A stretch of 61,430 nt of DNA, taken from positions 1 through 61,430 of IMG/VR virus record IMGVR_UViG_3300025574_000085; one strand, 5' to 3'. Under the pieces are notes generated by a model. The model was not told where the DNA came from, made no database searches, and saw nothing but the letters and a program-made list of their open reading frames with translations. This stretch comes from a virus. Its lineage: Duplodnaviria > Caudoviricetes. The position numbers and the translations under genes were made by a program. Shown in pieces: positions 38,152 through 47,846 of this stretch (positions are counted from its first letter, which is position 1; the number at the start of each line of letters is the position of its first letter).

Positions 38152-38350
38152 TTACTTCTCCTTCTTGGGCGCGGCTTCGGGCGCCGGGGGGGCGACCTCG
38201 GCGACGGTGACCGGCGGGGGCACCGTCAGCGGCGGGTCCGGGGGCTGCTCGCCGTCGGCCAGCAGACGCCACCCGCTCATGTACCACGTGGGCAGCGACG
38301 TCTCCGGGACCTCGCTGATGCTGTCCCGGCCCAGTTCCGGGTGAATGATG
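38152..38350 (-). CDS. small structural-region protein (start uncertain)
   Basis: HPEL...SEVPE...SGW. Confidence 0.45.
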
Positions 38351-38381
38351 CGCACAAACCCTGGTTCCACTGCTGCCGCTC

Positions 38382-38744
38382 CTAGGTGGTGATGTAGATG
38401 CAGGCGCCGCTGACTGTGCCGGCCGCGACGTCGAATGTGCACAGGCCGCCGATGCTCGGGTCGCCGTAGTCCGCGGCAACTAGCGGGATGATGGTGATGG
38501 CGCCGGAGGTGGCCGGCAGCGTCACGATCCGGTTGCCGATCGCGATCCCGTCGAGTGTGGTGGCGGTGGGGACGTGCAGCGTCACCACGCAGGTCGCGGC
38601 GGCGCCGTTGATGAGCAGGAGCCCGAGGCTGGGCCCGCAGGGTGCGGTGTGCCCGGTGAACCCGCCCAGCGCCGCGAACTGGGTGACCGGGTTCAGGCCG
38701 GTGGCGTGCGGGGCGGTCTGTACCGTCAGTGCGGTCTGCGCCAT
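38382..38744 (-). CDS. structural-region protein
   Basis: 120 aa beta-rich ORF. Confidence 0.6.
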   Translation of the reverse strand: MAQTALTVQTAPHATGLNPVTQFAALGGFTGHTAPCGPSLGLLLINGAAATCVVTLHVPTATTLDGIAIGNRIVTLPATSGAITIIPLVAADYGDPSIGGLCTFDVAAGTVSGACIYITT

Positions 38745-38762
38745 GAACTACTCCCTAACTAT

Positions 38763-39254
38763 TTAGCGGAGCCCCAGGCTCCTGAAGGCCAGGCCGAACG
38801 TCACCCGCGCAATCGCGCCGGTCTGCGTGTTGTTCTGCAGCAGCGACCCCGACGTGACACCCGGCGTCGCGAACACCACGTTCCCGCCGAACTGGGTGGC
38901 GTCCGTGGCCATGAGCACCTCGACGGCCGCGAGAATCCCGAACGCGGCCACCCGCACCGTGCGCGGGTCATCGGTGCCCGCCCACGCCTGCGCGCAGCAA
39001 TGCACCGTGATCGTCTCGTCGCGGGACGAGCCCATCCCCGCCCACGCCTGCGTGAAATCGGCGCCCGCCTCCGCCTGCACGTTGTCCGGGTCAGGGACGC
39101 CCACGTACAGCGCGAGGCCCGGGTCCAGTTCCGTCGTCGGCGGCCCGTCGAAGATCGTCACCGCAGGCGTGGCGGCGCCGAGGGTGGCGGCGTTTGTGAA
39201 CAGGGCGACCAGGTAGTCGATCAGCGCCGGGACGCGGCTGGTGATCGTCGGCAT
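38763..39254 (-). CDS. tail terminator-like protein
   Basis: SRVPALIDYLV...IFDGPP...RDETITVHC; position in the operon. Confidence 0.65.
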   Translation of the reverse strand: MPTITSRVPALIDYLVALFTNAATLGAATPAVTIFDGPPTTELDPGLALYVGVPDPDNVQAEAGADFTQAWAGMGSSRDETITVHCCAQAWAGTDDPRTVRVAAFGILAAVEVLMATDATQFGGNVVFATPGVTSGSLLQNNTQTGAIARVTFGLAFRSLGLR

Positions 39255-39283
39255 GCGGCCACCTTTCCCGGTAACATGTACCT

Positions 39284-39829
39284 ATGCCGAAACAGTCTCT
39301 CCCGGCCATTGAGCGCTTCTGGCCAAAGGTCGATAAGAACGGGCCAGTCCCAGCGCACGCGCCGCACCTCGGCCCGTGCTGGCTATGGCTGGGCTACTGC
39401 CGGGCCGGCCGCTACCCGTGGATGTACTACGAGGGGCGACCGCTTGCCGCCTACCGCGTCGCCTACATCCTGCTTGTCCGGCCGATCCCCGAAGGGCTGC
39501 AGCTAGACCACCTGTGCCGCGTCGCGTCATGCGTGAACCCGGCCCACCTGGAACCCGTCACCCAGCAGGAGAACATCAGGCGGCAGGGCGCGACGATCAC
39601 GCACTGCCCGCAGAACCACGAGTACACGCCGGAGAACACGGGGTACTCAACCGGCGCCCGGTACTGCCGCATCTGCAGCCGCGTAAAAGCGGCACGCGGC
39701 AGAAGGTCAATATCACAGCGGCTGTGCGAGCATTGCCGCCAGCCCTACAAGCCTGGCGACTACCGGCAGCGCTTCTGCGGTCGCGTCTGCTCGCGGCAAG
39801 CTCAGCTGCTCAGACAAAAGCTTCAATGA
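39284..39829 (+). CDS. HNH homing endonuclease, antisense insertion
   Basis: RFWPKVDK...CWLW...LDHLC...CVNPAHLEPVT..EN. Confidence 0.9.
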   Translation: MPKQSLPAIERFWPKVDKNGPVPAHAPHLGPCWLWLGYCRAGRYPWMYYEGRPLAAYRVAYILLVRPIPEGLQLDHLCRVASCVNPAHLEPVTQQENIRRQGATITHCPQNHEYTPENTGYSTGARYCRICSRVKAARGRRSISQRLCEHCRQPYKPGDYRQRFCGRVCSRQAQLLRQKLQ

Positions 39830-40703
39830 GGAACGGAATCCCGTTCTGTGAGCCGTTTAGCAGCTCGGCGGCCTGGTTCGGAATCGCGAACCCGAACCCC
39901 GGCACCGTCACCATGTCATCCCCTGCGCCCATACCTGGCCGCGCCGACGGGCCATGCTGGGTCTTCCACAGGTTCTGGATGATGATCCGCGCCGCCGTGT
40001 TGAACGCGGCCGGCACCGCCGGGCCCCACCCGGCGACGTAGGTCACGTTGACCTGCGGGAGCCAGGAGAAGAACGGGCCGTAGAACGGCAGGCCCAGCTT
40101 GCGGCGGATCAGGCCCGCGTTCGCGTCCAGGTCCAGGCCCGCGCTGATGTCGATCGCCCCGCCGGACGCCGAGATGATCGACGTGACCGACACAAGCGGG
40201 CGGCAGCGGACCGGGATGACCGTCTGGCCGGCCATCATCTCGGTGCGCTCGGCGGTGATCGTCTTAGACGCCAGCGGGCCGCCGGTGTACCGCTCCAGGC
40301 AGGACTCGATCGTGGCGATGTAGCCCTGAATCTCGCTGTCGTTCGCGGTCGTGGCCTGCGGGATGTTGAGGGCGTCCTTGGCGTCCTGGAGCGGCAGGAC
40401 GGACGGTTCGAAGGGGTCGAAGACGTCGAACTGGCCGAAGGAGACACCGGCCCCGGTGCCGGTCGCCGTCCACGTGAACTGGTAGTGGCCGATCGCCGCC
40501 AGGTCCGTGACCGGGATGTCCTGATGGTAGGTACCGGTGGAATCGTTGGACGGGGTGGCGTACGTGCCGGTGGTCAGCTGTGTCCCGTCGGCCTGCGCGA
40601 TCTTCACCAGCAGCGTCAGCGCGGTCGCGTTGACCAGCGTGCCGGTGACGTCCTTGACGGTGGTCAAAATGCGAACAGGTTGATTCAGGGGGTACCTGGC
40701 CAT
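39810..40703 (-). CDS. head-to-tail adaptor with N-terminal Ig/BppU-like domain
   Basis: LQDAKDALNI...D.EI...VTYVAGW...AARII..LW.TQ. Confidence 0.75.
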   Translation of the reverse strand: MARYPLNQPVRILTTVKDVTGTLVNATALTLLVKIAQADGTQLTTGTYATPSNDSTGTYHQDIPVTDLAAIGHYQFTWTATGTGAGVSFGQFDVFDPFEPSVLPLQDAKDALNIPQATTANDSEIQGYIATIESCLERYTGGPLASKTITAERTEMMAGQTVIPVRCRPLVSVTSIISASGGAIDISAGLDLDANAGLIRRKLGLPFYGPFFSWLPQVNVTYVAGWGPAVPAAFNTAARIIIQNLWKTQHGPSARPGMGAGDDMVTVPGFGFAIPNQAAELLNGSQNGIPFLIEAFV

Positions 40704-43700
40704 CTGGCACCTCCTCCCGTCGCGGTCTTCCTGCGGGGCCACCAGCGGCGCCGCCACGCCGGGCAGCTGCACAGGCCGCAGTCGCTGCCTGGCCGGTAAT
40801 GCTGGTGGGCGGCGGCAGGGTGGCCGCATCGCACGCAAGGGGACTGCCGCATAAGCTGCCGGGTCCTCCCGTCGTCTGCGTCGTGGCTGTGAGGACGCCG
40901 CCGCTGGCCGCCCCGGGCGACGTCGCGGCGGTCAGCGTGCCGACGGTGAACGCGAGCTGGACGCCGCTGATGGCGACGGCCGAACCGGCGGCGGTGATCG
41001 CTGCGGTGGCCTGCTGGGTGGCCAGCGCGGACAGGGCCGCTGCCCCGGCTGGTGCCGCCGTGGCCGCCTGCACCGCGGCAGTGGTGACGGCCCCGGCACC
41101 CGCCACGCTGGCAGTGCCGGTGATCTGCCCTGCGGCGGCGGCCGTGCTTGCCCCGGCCGCTGCGGCTTTCGCTGCCTGCGCGACTGTGGCCGCTGCGGCG
41201 CCGGTCCCGGCGGCCGTCGCGGTGGCTATCTGCGTGGCAGCCGCGGTGACCGATCCGGCCCCGGCCGCGGTGGCAGTGGCACCGGCGCCGGTGACGCTGC
41301 CTGCGGCGGTGACCGCACCGGCGACCGCCGCGGCGGCGGTGACCGCCTGCGCGGCCAGGGCCGTGACCGTGCCCGCGGCGGTGGCCGCCGCTGACGTGGC
41401 CTGGGTGACCGGTGCTGGTCCTGCCGTGCCCGCGCCGGCCGCGGTGGCTGGGGCCGGCTGGGCGGCTACCGCAGCTGCCGTAGCCGCAGCCGGGGCGCTT
41501 GCGGTGGCTGCCTGCGCGCCTGCGGCTGTGACCGCGCCAGACCCGGCCGGGGATGCCGCGCTGATGACGACCGCGGTGGCCGTGACCGACCCGGCGCCCG
41601 CGGCCGATGCGGTGACAGCCTGTGCGGCCTTCGCGGTGACCGAGCCCGCGCCAGCCGGGGCTGCGGTGACAGCCTGCGTGACAACCGCGGTGACCGAGCC
41701 CACGCCTGCGCCAGCCGCCCCGGCCGTGACAGCCTGCACTACGGCACCGGTGACCGACCCGGCACCGACGGCGGACCCCGGCGTTACCTGAGTTGCTACG
41801 GCAGAGGCCGCGCCCGCCGCCGCGATTGCGGCGGTGGCCGCCAGCTGGGACGTAACACCCTGAATGACCGGCACGCGGGCGGCCCAGGTGGTCGCCACCG
41901 CAGACCAGGAGGTGACAGCCGCAGGCGACGACGTGACGAAATATTCCAGGGAAGTGCTGTCGGTCTCGTGCCAGTAGTTGATGCCGATGACATTCGGCAT
42001 GTCCGCCGGGACGATCCGGAGCATGTCCGTGAACCACTGCGCCTTGGTCTGGGCTACCGAGTCCCAGCCGAGCGTGGTGGCCCCGGGGGTCACCGTGGCG
42101 GACGCCTGGCGCCCGGCGATGAAGCTGCCCCCGTCATTGCTGTCATCGAATTCGGTGATGGTGACGGTCGTGGCGGCGGCCGGCTGAAGCCCGGGGGACG
42201 CCTTGCCGTTCGTGGCCTGAAGATAGACCCACGACCCGGCGGCGGTGGTGGTGACCGATCCGGTGGAAATCGTCACCCCGGTAGCGGAGTGGACTGAGGC
42301 TGATCCGGCGCCCGCCTGGCTGGACGCGGCGTTCATGACGACCCGGACTGCGAGCTGCATGCCCTGCGTGGCGGTGTTTGAGTTGGTCGCAGTGACGGTA
42401 ATCGGTCCCGGCGCGCTGGACAGGTACCGGTACCAGATGCCTGACGACTCGTACTGAGTGTCGTAGGCGAACGGTCCCGTCGTGTAGCTGCCGGACACCG
42501 AGTCCGAGATGGTGATGGCGGCTGTGGTCGCGCTGGTCGCATTGACCACGCCGACGGTGATCTCCAGGAGCGCCCCGGCTGGCGGGCTGAACACCGGCGA
42601 GCTGATCACGCCGCCGGTCAGGGCCGACTGGTAAGCCGTCTGCGGGGTGCTGGCGTCTTCGTAGATGGAATGGCCGGCTAGGGGCAGGACCTCCTGCGCC
42701 ACCCAGGAGTACGGGACGGACTGGGCGGATGACGGGATCTCGTCGGTCTCCCACGACCCGATCTCGCCCAGGATCATCGGCTTGGCGGTAACCGGGCCGC
42801 CTGTGTACGGGTCGCCGCTGTACAGTGCCGCGTAACTGGGCTGGAAGACGCTGCCGAAGGTCTGCCATGCTGCGGGAGTCTTGTTGTACCCGTCCAGGCC
42901 GACGTAATCAACGTAGGCGTCGCCGGGGTAGAGCAGGGCGGTCGTTCCTGACGTCCTGGAGTACCCGGAGTTGTTCGGGGTGGCGGCCCCCGGGGGGAAA
43001 ACGTTGGGGCACCACAGCCACCGGGCGTTCGTGGCGCCCTGCTGCGCGAATACCTGGACGATGTGCCGCCATGCGGCCACGAACATCGCGCAGGTCGTGG
43101 TCCCCGGCTGTGACGATGACCCCGGGCAGTACCCGGACCAGGTGCCGTTGAATTCGTGCATCAGCCGGATGATTACCTGGCCGCCCGGCTGGCTGCCGTA
43201 AGCAGGGTTCCCTGAGCTGGAGGCGGGCCATGCCTTGCACGCCAGTGCGGCGGGGATGATGGTGGACGTGTCGTAGGTCCCGGCGGCGATGGCGGCCAGC
43301 GACGTGGTGCCCAGGTCCCAGGAGATGATAGGGACGGCCGGGATGGCAGTGCTGCCGTCCGGGTTTTTCGGCGTGGTCCATGTCCCGGCGGGCACCGGCA
43401 GTGACGTCAGGGCTGCCGGGGCGGTCAGCTGCCCCTCGTAGACGGGATAGCCGCCGTTAGTGGCCGATCCCCCCGACCCGGTGCCGTAGTACAGCAGGGC
43501 GATGTTCCCCCCGCTGCCGGGGGTGTTGGTGTTCATGAAGCAGCCGACCGTGGCTGGCCACGGGAACGCCTGGAGGTAGTCGGTGAACGATTCGAGGCTG
43601 GCCGGGAGGGTCTGCTGGGTCTGCGGGGAACCGCCGCCAGTGAACGGGACGGTGGCCAGGCCACCCTCGTCCGTGGTGGTCAGGGCCTTCCCGGCCATCC

Positions 43701-45432
43701 CGGACCGGTTGGTCAGGTCCATGGTGAACCCGGTGAACCGGGGCGTACTTGTCGTGGCTACCGCCGTGGCGGTCCCGGACGAGGCCGCCGACGCGTCTTG
43801 TGCGGCCAGGGCCGTGGCAGCGCCTGCCCCGGTAGCTGCGGCATGGATGATCACCGTAGCGACGGCGGTGACGGTCCCAGCTCCTGCGGCCGCAGCCTTG
43901 GACGCCTGGGCAGCAGCACCTGCGGCAGCCCCGGCCCCGGCACCAGCTGCCGGGACGGCCTGTGCCGATAGTCCGCTGACGGCACCCGCACCCGCCGCGG
44001 TCGTGAGCGTCCCGGCGTCTTGCGCTGCCAGGGCCGTGGCAGCGCCTGCCCCGGTAGCTGCGGCGGTAGCGGTGATGGTAACGGCGGTCGTGGCTGCGAC
44101 CGGGAACACTTGCTGACGCCGCTTCGCCACGCGCCGCCGGTACGCCTGCCCGCCGGCGTACGGCGCAACCGGGGCCGGGGCGGCCTGCACGGGCAGGATC
44201 TCCAGCGCCGCCCACGAATAGCCGGTACTCGTGGCCGTCCAGCCGGGGGTGGTCGCGCCCGGGGTGATCGTGGCAGGGGTCTGGGCGCCGAACATGGACT
44301 CGATGCCGTTAACCGAGTCTTCGTAAGATCCCTGAAGGGTGGTGCCTGCCACCGCCGTGGGCGCGAAAGCATTATTCTCGGTGACGGTGAGCAGGACCCA
44401 TGATCTGGGCTGGGTTGTGGTGATGCTCCCGGTCAGGCTTGTGGCGGCACCCGAGATTGCGGCGAACGCCGCGGCAGCCTGGCTGGCTGCCGCCCCGGGC
44501 AGGACCAGGACATACATGCTGACGGTCGCGGCTGTTGCCGAATTACGGGTCGCCGTGACTGTTATAGGTCCCGGCGCGGTCGCATAATAATGGCTGAAAA
44601 TCGCTGAGAAGCTGAACGTGCCGGTATTGGCAGACGGCCCGGCATCATAGGAGACGCTGCCGGAATCCGCGACGGTAACAACAGGACCGGTTGCGGTCGA
44701 GGTAGCCCACCCGAACCCGTACAGCACTACGACCAGGGAATTGGCCGGCGGCGAGAATGAGGCAGACTGGATCGTCGTCGCGCTGGCGCTTGCGAGCTGC
44801 CCGGTGAGACCGGGGGTTGACGGGTCAATGTCAATCCCGGGCAGCACTTCGCGCATCAGGACGGCGACGCCGAGCCTGGTGTTCGAGTCGCCGAAGGCCG
44901 GGTTCTGCGCCGCCGACGTGCAGGCGGCGTTCCAGCACATGCCGTTGCCGCCGGCGTCGATCGCGTACGTGTATCCGGTGGTGGCCCCTGCGGTCGCGGT
45001 GCCGGCGTCGAATGCGTACCCGAAGTACAGGTCGCCGGCGGCCGCGGGGGTCAGGGATGCGATCGTCGTTATCGCCGTGTGGTCGACGGCGCCCGGCGGC
45101 CCATCTACTGTCCAGTAGCCGACGGTGGAGCTGAACTCGTGCCCGGCGCAGTAGAAGGCCGGTGTGGTCCCGCTGAACGTCAGGGTGGCCGTGGCGGCCC
45201 CGGTGGCGGTGACCTTCCCGGCGAACAGGGTCACATAACGGGAGGTGTAGTTGCCGAGGAACGGCGCGCCGATCTGGGTCCAGGTGGCGCCTCCGCCGGA
45301 GATGCCGTTACACCAGACAGTCGCCGAGCTGGCGACGACCTCGACCAGGAGCAGGTCTGTGACGGCCTGGTTGGCCATCGTCAGCGACGTGGTGGTCGTG
45401 TAGAGGTTGCCGCCTACCGGCGCGAACGTCAC
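40264..45432 (-). CDS. giant virion fibre-like protein with GH26 domain and Ala/Gly/Thr repeats (functional end likely ~40855)
   Basis: RLMHEFNG, YPGDAYVDYVGLDGYN, KPMILGEIG; AAGAG.VTA repeats. Confidence 0.75.
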   Translation of the reverse strand: MTFAPVGGNLYTTTTSLTMANQAVTDLLLVEVVASSATVWCNGISGGGATWTQIGAPFLGNYTSRYVTLFAGKVTATGAATATLTFSGTTPAFYCAGHEFSSTVGYWTVDGPPGAVDHTAITTIASLTPAAAGDLYFGYAFDAGTATAGATTGYTYAIDAGGNGMCWNAACTSAAQNPAFGDSNTRLGVAVLMREVLPGIDIDPSTPGLTGQLASASATTIQSASFSPPANSLVVVLYGFGWATSTATGPVVTVADSGSVSYDAGPSANTGTFSFSAIFSHYYATAPGPITVTATRNSATAATVSMYVLVLPGAAASQAAAAFAAISGAATSLTGSITTTQPRSWVLLTVTENNAFAPTAVAGTTLQGSYEDSVNGIESMFGAQTPATITPGATTPGWTATSTGYSWAALEILPVQAAPAPVAPYAGGQAYRRRVAKRRQQVFPVAATTAVTITATAAATGAGAATALAAQDAGTLTTAAGAGAVSGLSAQAVPAAGAGAGAAAGAAAQASKAAAAGAGTVTAVATVIIHAAATGAGAATALAAQDASAASSGTATAVATTSTPRFTGFTMDLTNRSGMAGKALTTTDEGGLATVPFTGGGSPQTQQTLPASLESFTDYLQAFPWPATVGCFMNTNTPGSGGNIALLYYGTGSGGSATNGGYPVYEGQLTAPAALTSLPVPAGTWTTPKNPDGSTAIPAVPIISWDLGTTSLAAIAAGTYDTSTIIPAALACKAWPASSSGNPAYGSQPGGQVIIRLMHEFNGTWSGYCPGSSSQPGTTTCAMFVAAWRHIVQVFAQQGATNARWLWCPNVFPPGAATPNNSGYSRTSGTTALLYPGDAYVDYVGLDGYNKTPAAWQTFGSVFQPSYAALYSGDPYTGGPVTAKPMILGEIGSWETDEIPSSAQSVPYSWVAQEVLPLAGHSIYEDASTPQTAYQSALTGGVISSPVFSPPAGALLEITVGVVNATSATTAAITISDSVSGSYTTGPFAYDTQYESSGIWYRYLSSAPGPITVTATNSNTATQGMQLAVRVVMNAASSQAGAGSASVHSATGVTISTGSVTTTAAGSWVYLQATNGKASPGLQPAAATTVTITEFDDSNDGGSFIAGRQASATVTPGATTLGWDSVAQTKAQWFTDMLRIVPADMPNVIGINYWHETDSTSLEYFVTSSPAAVTSWSAVATTWAARVPVIQGVTSQLAATAAIAAAGAASAVATQVTPGSAVGAGSVTGAVVQAVTAGAAGAGVGSVTAVVTQAVTAAPAGAGSVTAKAAQAVTASAAGAGSVTATAVVISAASPAGSGAVTAAGAQAATASAPAAATAAAVAAQPAPATAAGAGTAGPAPVTQATSAAATAAGTVTALAAQAVTAAAAVAGAVTAAGSVTGAGATATAAGAGSVTAAATQIATATAAGTGAAAATVAQAAKAAAAGASTAAAAGQITGTASVAGAGAVTTAAVQAATAAPAGAAALSALATQQATAAITAAGSAVAISGVQLAFTVGTLTAATSPGAASGGVLTATTQTTGGPGSLCGSPLACDAATLPPPTSITGQAATAACAAARRGGAAGGPAGRPRREEVPDGQVPPESTCSHFDHRQGRHRHAGQRDRADAAGEDRAGRRDTADHRHVRHPVQRFHRYLPSGHPGHGPGGDRPLPVHVDGDRHRGRCLLRPVRRLRPLRTVRPAAPGRQGRPQHPAGHDRERQRDSGLHRHDRVLPGAVHRRPAGV
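40685..40852 (-). CDS. small Cys/His protein
   Basis: CVRCGHPAAAHQH...CGLCSC. Confidence 0.45.
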   Translation of the reverse strand: MRQSPCVRCGHPAAAHQHYRPGSDCGLCSCPAWRRRWWPRRKTATGGGARWPGTP

Positions 45433-45515
45433 GAGGCCACAGCCCTCCCGGCTAGGATGCGGTCAGTTCAGTCCCGCAGCATGAACCGCCAGGTACTCGA
45501 TCAGCCCGGCCACGG

Positions 45516-46073
45516 CTAATTCAGGCCGAACAGGAACATCTGCTGCAGCGTGGTCGTGTTACCCGCGGCCGAAGCGGACCAGGTGCCGAACAGCTCGATG
45601 TAGTTGTCGACGCGCGGGTCCATGCCGGTAATGAGCCCTGAGAACCCGGCATTTAGCGCCGCTGCGCTCGCCACGCCACCGGAGGCTACGCTTTCCATCT
45701 TCCAGTAACCGTTGACCTGAAGGCTGAAGGTGCTAGTAGCGAAAGCCGTGCAGGTGTACCACGCCTCAAAGTCAAACGGGGCGGTGATAGCGGCGACCGG
45801 CGCGGTAGCGGCCATGACGCCAACCGCGTTCGCCTTGGTGCCCGCAGTGGGATCAAGGCCGAGGTTGACCGCGATCGTGGCGGCGGAGGTGGTGGCGATG
45901 GTTCCCTTGCACCGCAGGTACAGGGAGCGCCCCACCGGGTTGGGATTGTCACTGGAGAAATAGCCGCCGGACAGCTTGCAGACGGTGTTCGTGCCCAGGA
46001 CGCCGGAGAAGGCAGCCTCGGTCGTGTACGTGTTCTTGGTTACCGCAGCGGACAGCGAGTACAGCTGCTCCAT
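45516..46073 (-). CDS. structural protein
   Basis: 185 aa beta-rich ORF in the head-fibre module. Confidence 0.6.
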   Translation of the reverse strand: MEQLYSLSAAVTKNTYTTEAAFSGVLGTNTVCKLSGGYFSSDNPNPVGRSLYLRCKGTIATTSAATIAVNLGLDPTAGTKANAVGVMAATAPVAAITAPFDFEAWYTCTAFATSTFSLQVNGYWKMESVASGGVASAAALNAGFSGLITGMDPRVDNYIELFGTWSASAAGNTTTLQQMFLFGLN

Positions 46074-46110
46074 CTGGGTGCCGGTGATTCCAGAGATTTA
46101 AAGCCACCTC

Positions 46111-46554
46111 CTACGTCAGCGAGATCTGGATACCGGCCGCGGCCCCGGACCCGCCGGTCACCTGGAAGGTGTTGCCGATGCCGACGACGATCGGCTGGGC
46201 GTTGAACAGCCCCCACCACGACCGCTGTGCCGCGTTACCGGTCAGGTCGAACGACACGATCGACCACGCTGCCGTCGCGGTCGCCGACTGGGTGGTGAGC
46301 GGCACGCCCACCGCGCCGCCCGCGCTCGATGCCGTGGATGCGCCCAGCGACGTCCATCCGCCGGCCGCGTACCCGGTGCCGTTCGCGATCTCCGTGCCCG
46401 CCGCGGTCGCCGTGCTCGCGGTCGAGTTGAGCCGCAGCTTCATCGCGGTAGTGCCTACCGGCGTGCCAAGCGCCGTCCCCGGGATGCCCGCCGCCCCCGT
46501 CGGCGTCAGTGCGTTAAGGATCAACGACACCAATGTCTGGTCGATGGCTGCCAT
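46111..46554 (-). CDS. fibre-associated structural protein
   Basis: Paralog of 26452-26898. Confidence 0.65.
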   Translation of the reverse strand: MAAIDQTLVSLILNALTPTGAAGIPGTALGTPVGTTAMKLRLNSTASTATAAGTEIANGTGYAAGGWTSLGASTASSAGGAVGVPLTTQSATATAAWSIVSFDLTGNAAQRSWWGLFNAQPIVVGIGNTFQVTGGSGAAAGIQISLT

Positions 46555-46680
46555 TTACGTCTCCTCGCCTGCGTCCGCGGACGCTTCCAGCACGGTCTGC
46601 GGCCCGCTGGCCACCACGTTTCCGTCCGGGCCGGTCACCTGCCACCCGACGGGTTGTTCTTCTGAAGTCGGCTCACCCAT
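46555..46680 (-). CDS. small protein
   Basis: GWQVTGPDGNVVASGP. Confidence 0.5.
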   Translation of the reverse strand: MGEPTSEEQPVGWQVTGPDGNVVASGPQTVLEASADAGEET

Positions 46681-46870
46681 GGCGCTCCTGCCCGGTGCCG
46701 AGCAGCGGGATGCCGTCGAGCGCGCCCAGCGAATCGAGCAGGTCCAGCGTCGCGTGCGCGACCGTCTTCGGGCCCGCGTCGACCACGTGGCCGTCCGGGT
46801 CCAGCACCCGCCAGCCCTGGTCCGGCTCCCACGGCGGCAGCACAAGCTGCGCCACGCCCAGCAGATGCAT
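46673..46870 (-). CDS. small protein, paralog of 46555-46680
   Basis: GWRVLDPDGHVVDAGP. Confidence 0.5.
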   Translation of the reverse strand: MHLLGVAQLVLPPWEPDQGWRVLDPDGHVVDAGPKTVAHATLDLLDSLGALDGIPLLGTGQERHG

Positions 46871-46885
46871 GTGATTCTCCCTAGA

Positions 46886-47167
46886 TCAGCGCGGTATCTG
46901 GCCGCGGGCGAGCAGCAGACCGCTCCCGTTGGCGCCCGGGCCGGCCTCGGGGATGTGCTCCCAGCAGTACGGGAGCGCCACCACGCCGACACCGATGACC
47001 TGGCCGCCGGGGCCAGGGATCGGGGCCGCCGTGGGCACCATCGTCACCGCTTCGCGGACCGGCTGCTCCGGGTCGGCCTTGCGGGCCGCGCAGCACGGAT
47101 TGCACAGGCCGAGCGGCCCGGACACCTTCACCTGCGGTGGGATCAGGACGGGACGGGGGTTGGTCAA
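46886..47167 (-). CDS. Cys-containing hypothetical protein
   Basis: CNPCC...CWEH. Confidence 0.55.
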   Translation of the reverse strand: MTNPRPVLIPPQVKVSGPLGLCNPCCAARKADPEQPVREAVTMVPTAAPIPGPGGQVIGVGVVALPYCWEHIPEAGPGANGSGLLLARGQIPR

Positions 47168-47180
47168 CTCGGGGGGCCTC

Positions 47181-47846
47181 TCAGATCAGCATCGTTGTCT
47201 TGATGTGGCCCACGCGGACGCCCGTGTGGACGTGCACCGGGATGCCAGCCGTGGCGGCCCGGAGGCAGAACGTCAGGTCCTCACCGACCAGCGCCGCCCC
47301 GATGACCGACTCCCGGAACCACGGGGCCGCCCGGTCGCCGGAGGCCTTCCCGGTGGCTTCGAGGGCGTCGCGGTGCATCAGCAGGAACGCCGCACCCGTC
47401 GCCGCCACCGGCACGCACGTGTCCTCCGGCCAGCGCCTGTACCGGGCGAAACCCACCTGGCCGCCGTCCTCCTGCACGAGTTCGTACATCGTCGGCTGCG
47501 CCGCGCCCGTCTGGCCGTCCTGGGAGAAGCACAGCGCACCCAGCAGCGGGCGGGCCACCGGGTCAGCGGCGGCTGCCAGCTTGTCCACGTCCGCCGGGGT
47601 GAACACCATGTCGGTGTCCGCCATCAGCAGCCACGGGGCGCGGCACTCCTCGAGGAACCGGCGGACGATCAGGTTGCGGGCCTCGGAGATGTTCGGGCCC
47701 GACGGGGCGGCCAGGAACACGTCGATCCGGGTCCCGCCGCTCTTGCGGGCCAGGGCCAGCATCGAGGCGAGGAACTCCGCGCGGACCGTCCCGCCGTGCA
47801 CGTAGCCGACCGCCGCGTGCTGCGGCGGGGTGCGGCCGTGCGGCAT
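47181..47846 (-). CDS. GT-A fold glycosyltransferase (GT2-like)
   Basis: ARN...WLLMADTDM (DxD)...GAAFLLMHR...GEDLTFC...GH. Confidence 0.8.
   Translation of the reverse strand: MPHGRTPPQHAAVGYVHGGTVRAEFLASMLALARKSGGTRIDVFLAAPSGPNISEARNLIVRRFLEECRAPWLLMADTDMVFTPADVDKLAAAADPVARPLLGALCFSQDGQTGAAQPTMYELVQEDGGQVGFARYRRWPEDTCVPVAATGAAFLLMHRDALEATGKASGDRAAPWFRESVIGAALVGEDLTFCLRAATAGIPVHVHTGVRVGHIKTTMLI

Noticed and set aside
40799-41791. Long plus-strand Ala/Val-rich ORFs opposite structural genes (also at 7204, 26501, 34458, 56130)
   Set aside because: Antisense shadows of GC-rich coding genes with no recognisable motifs
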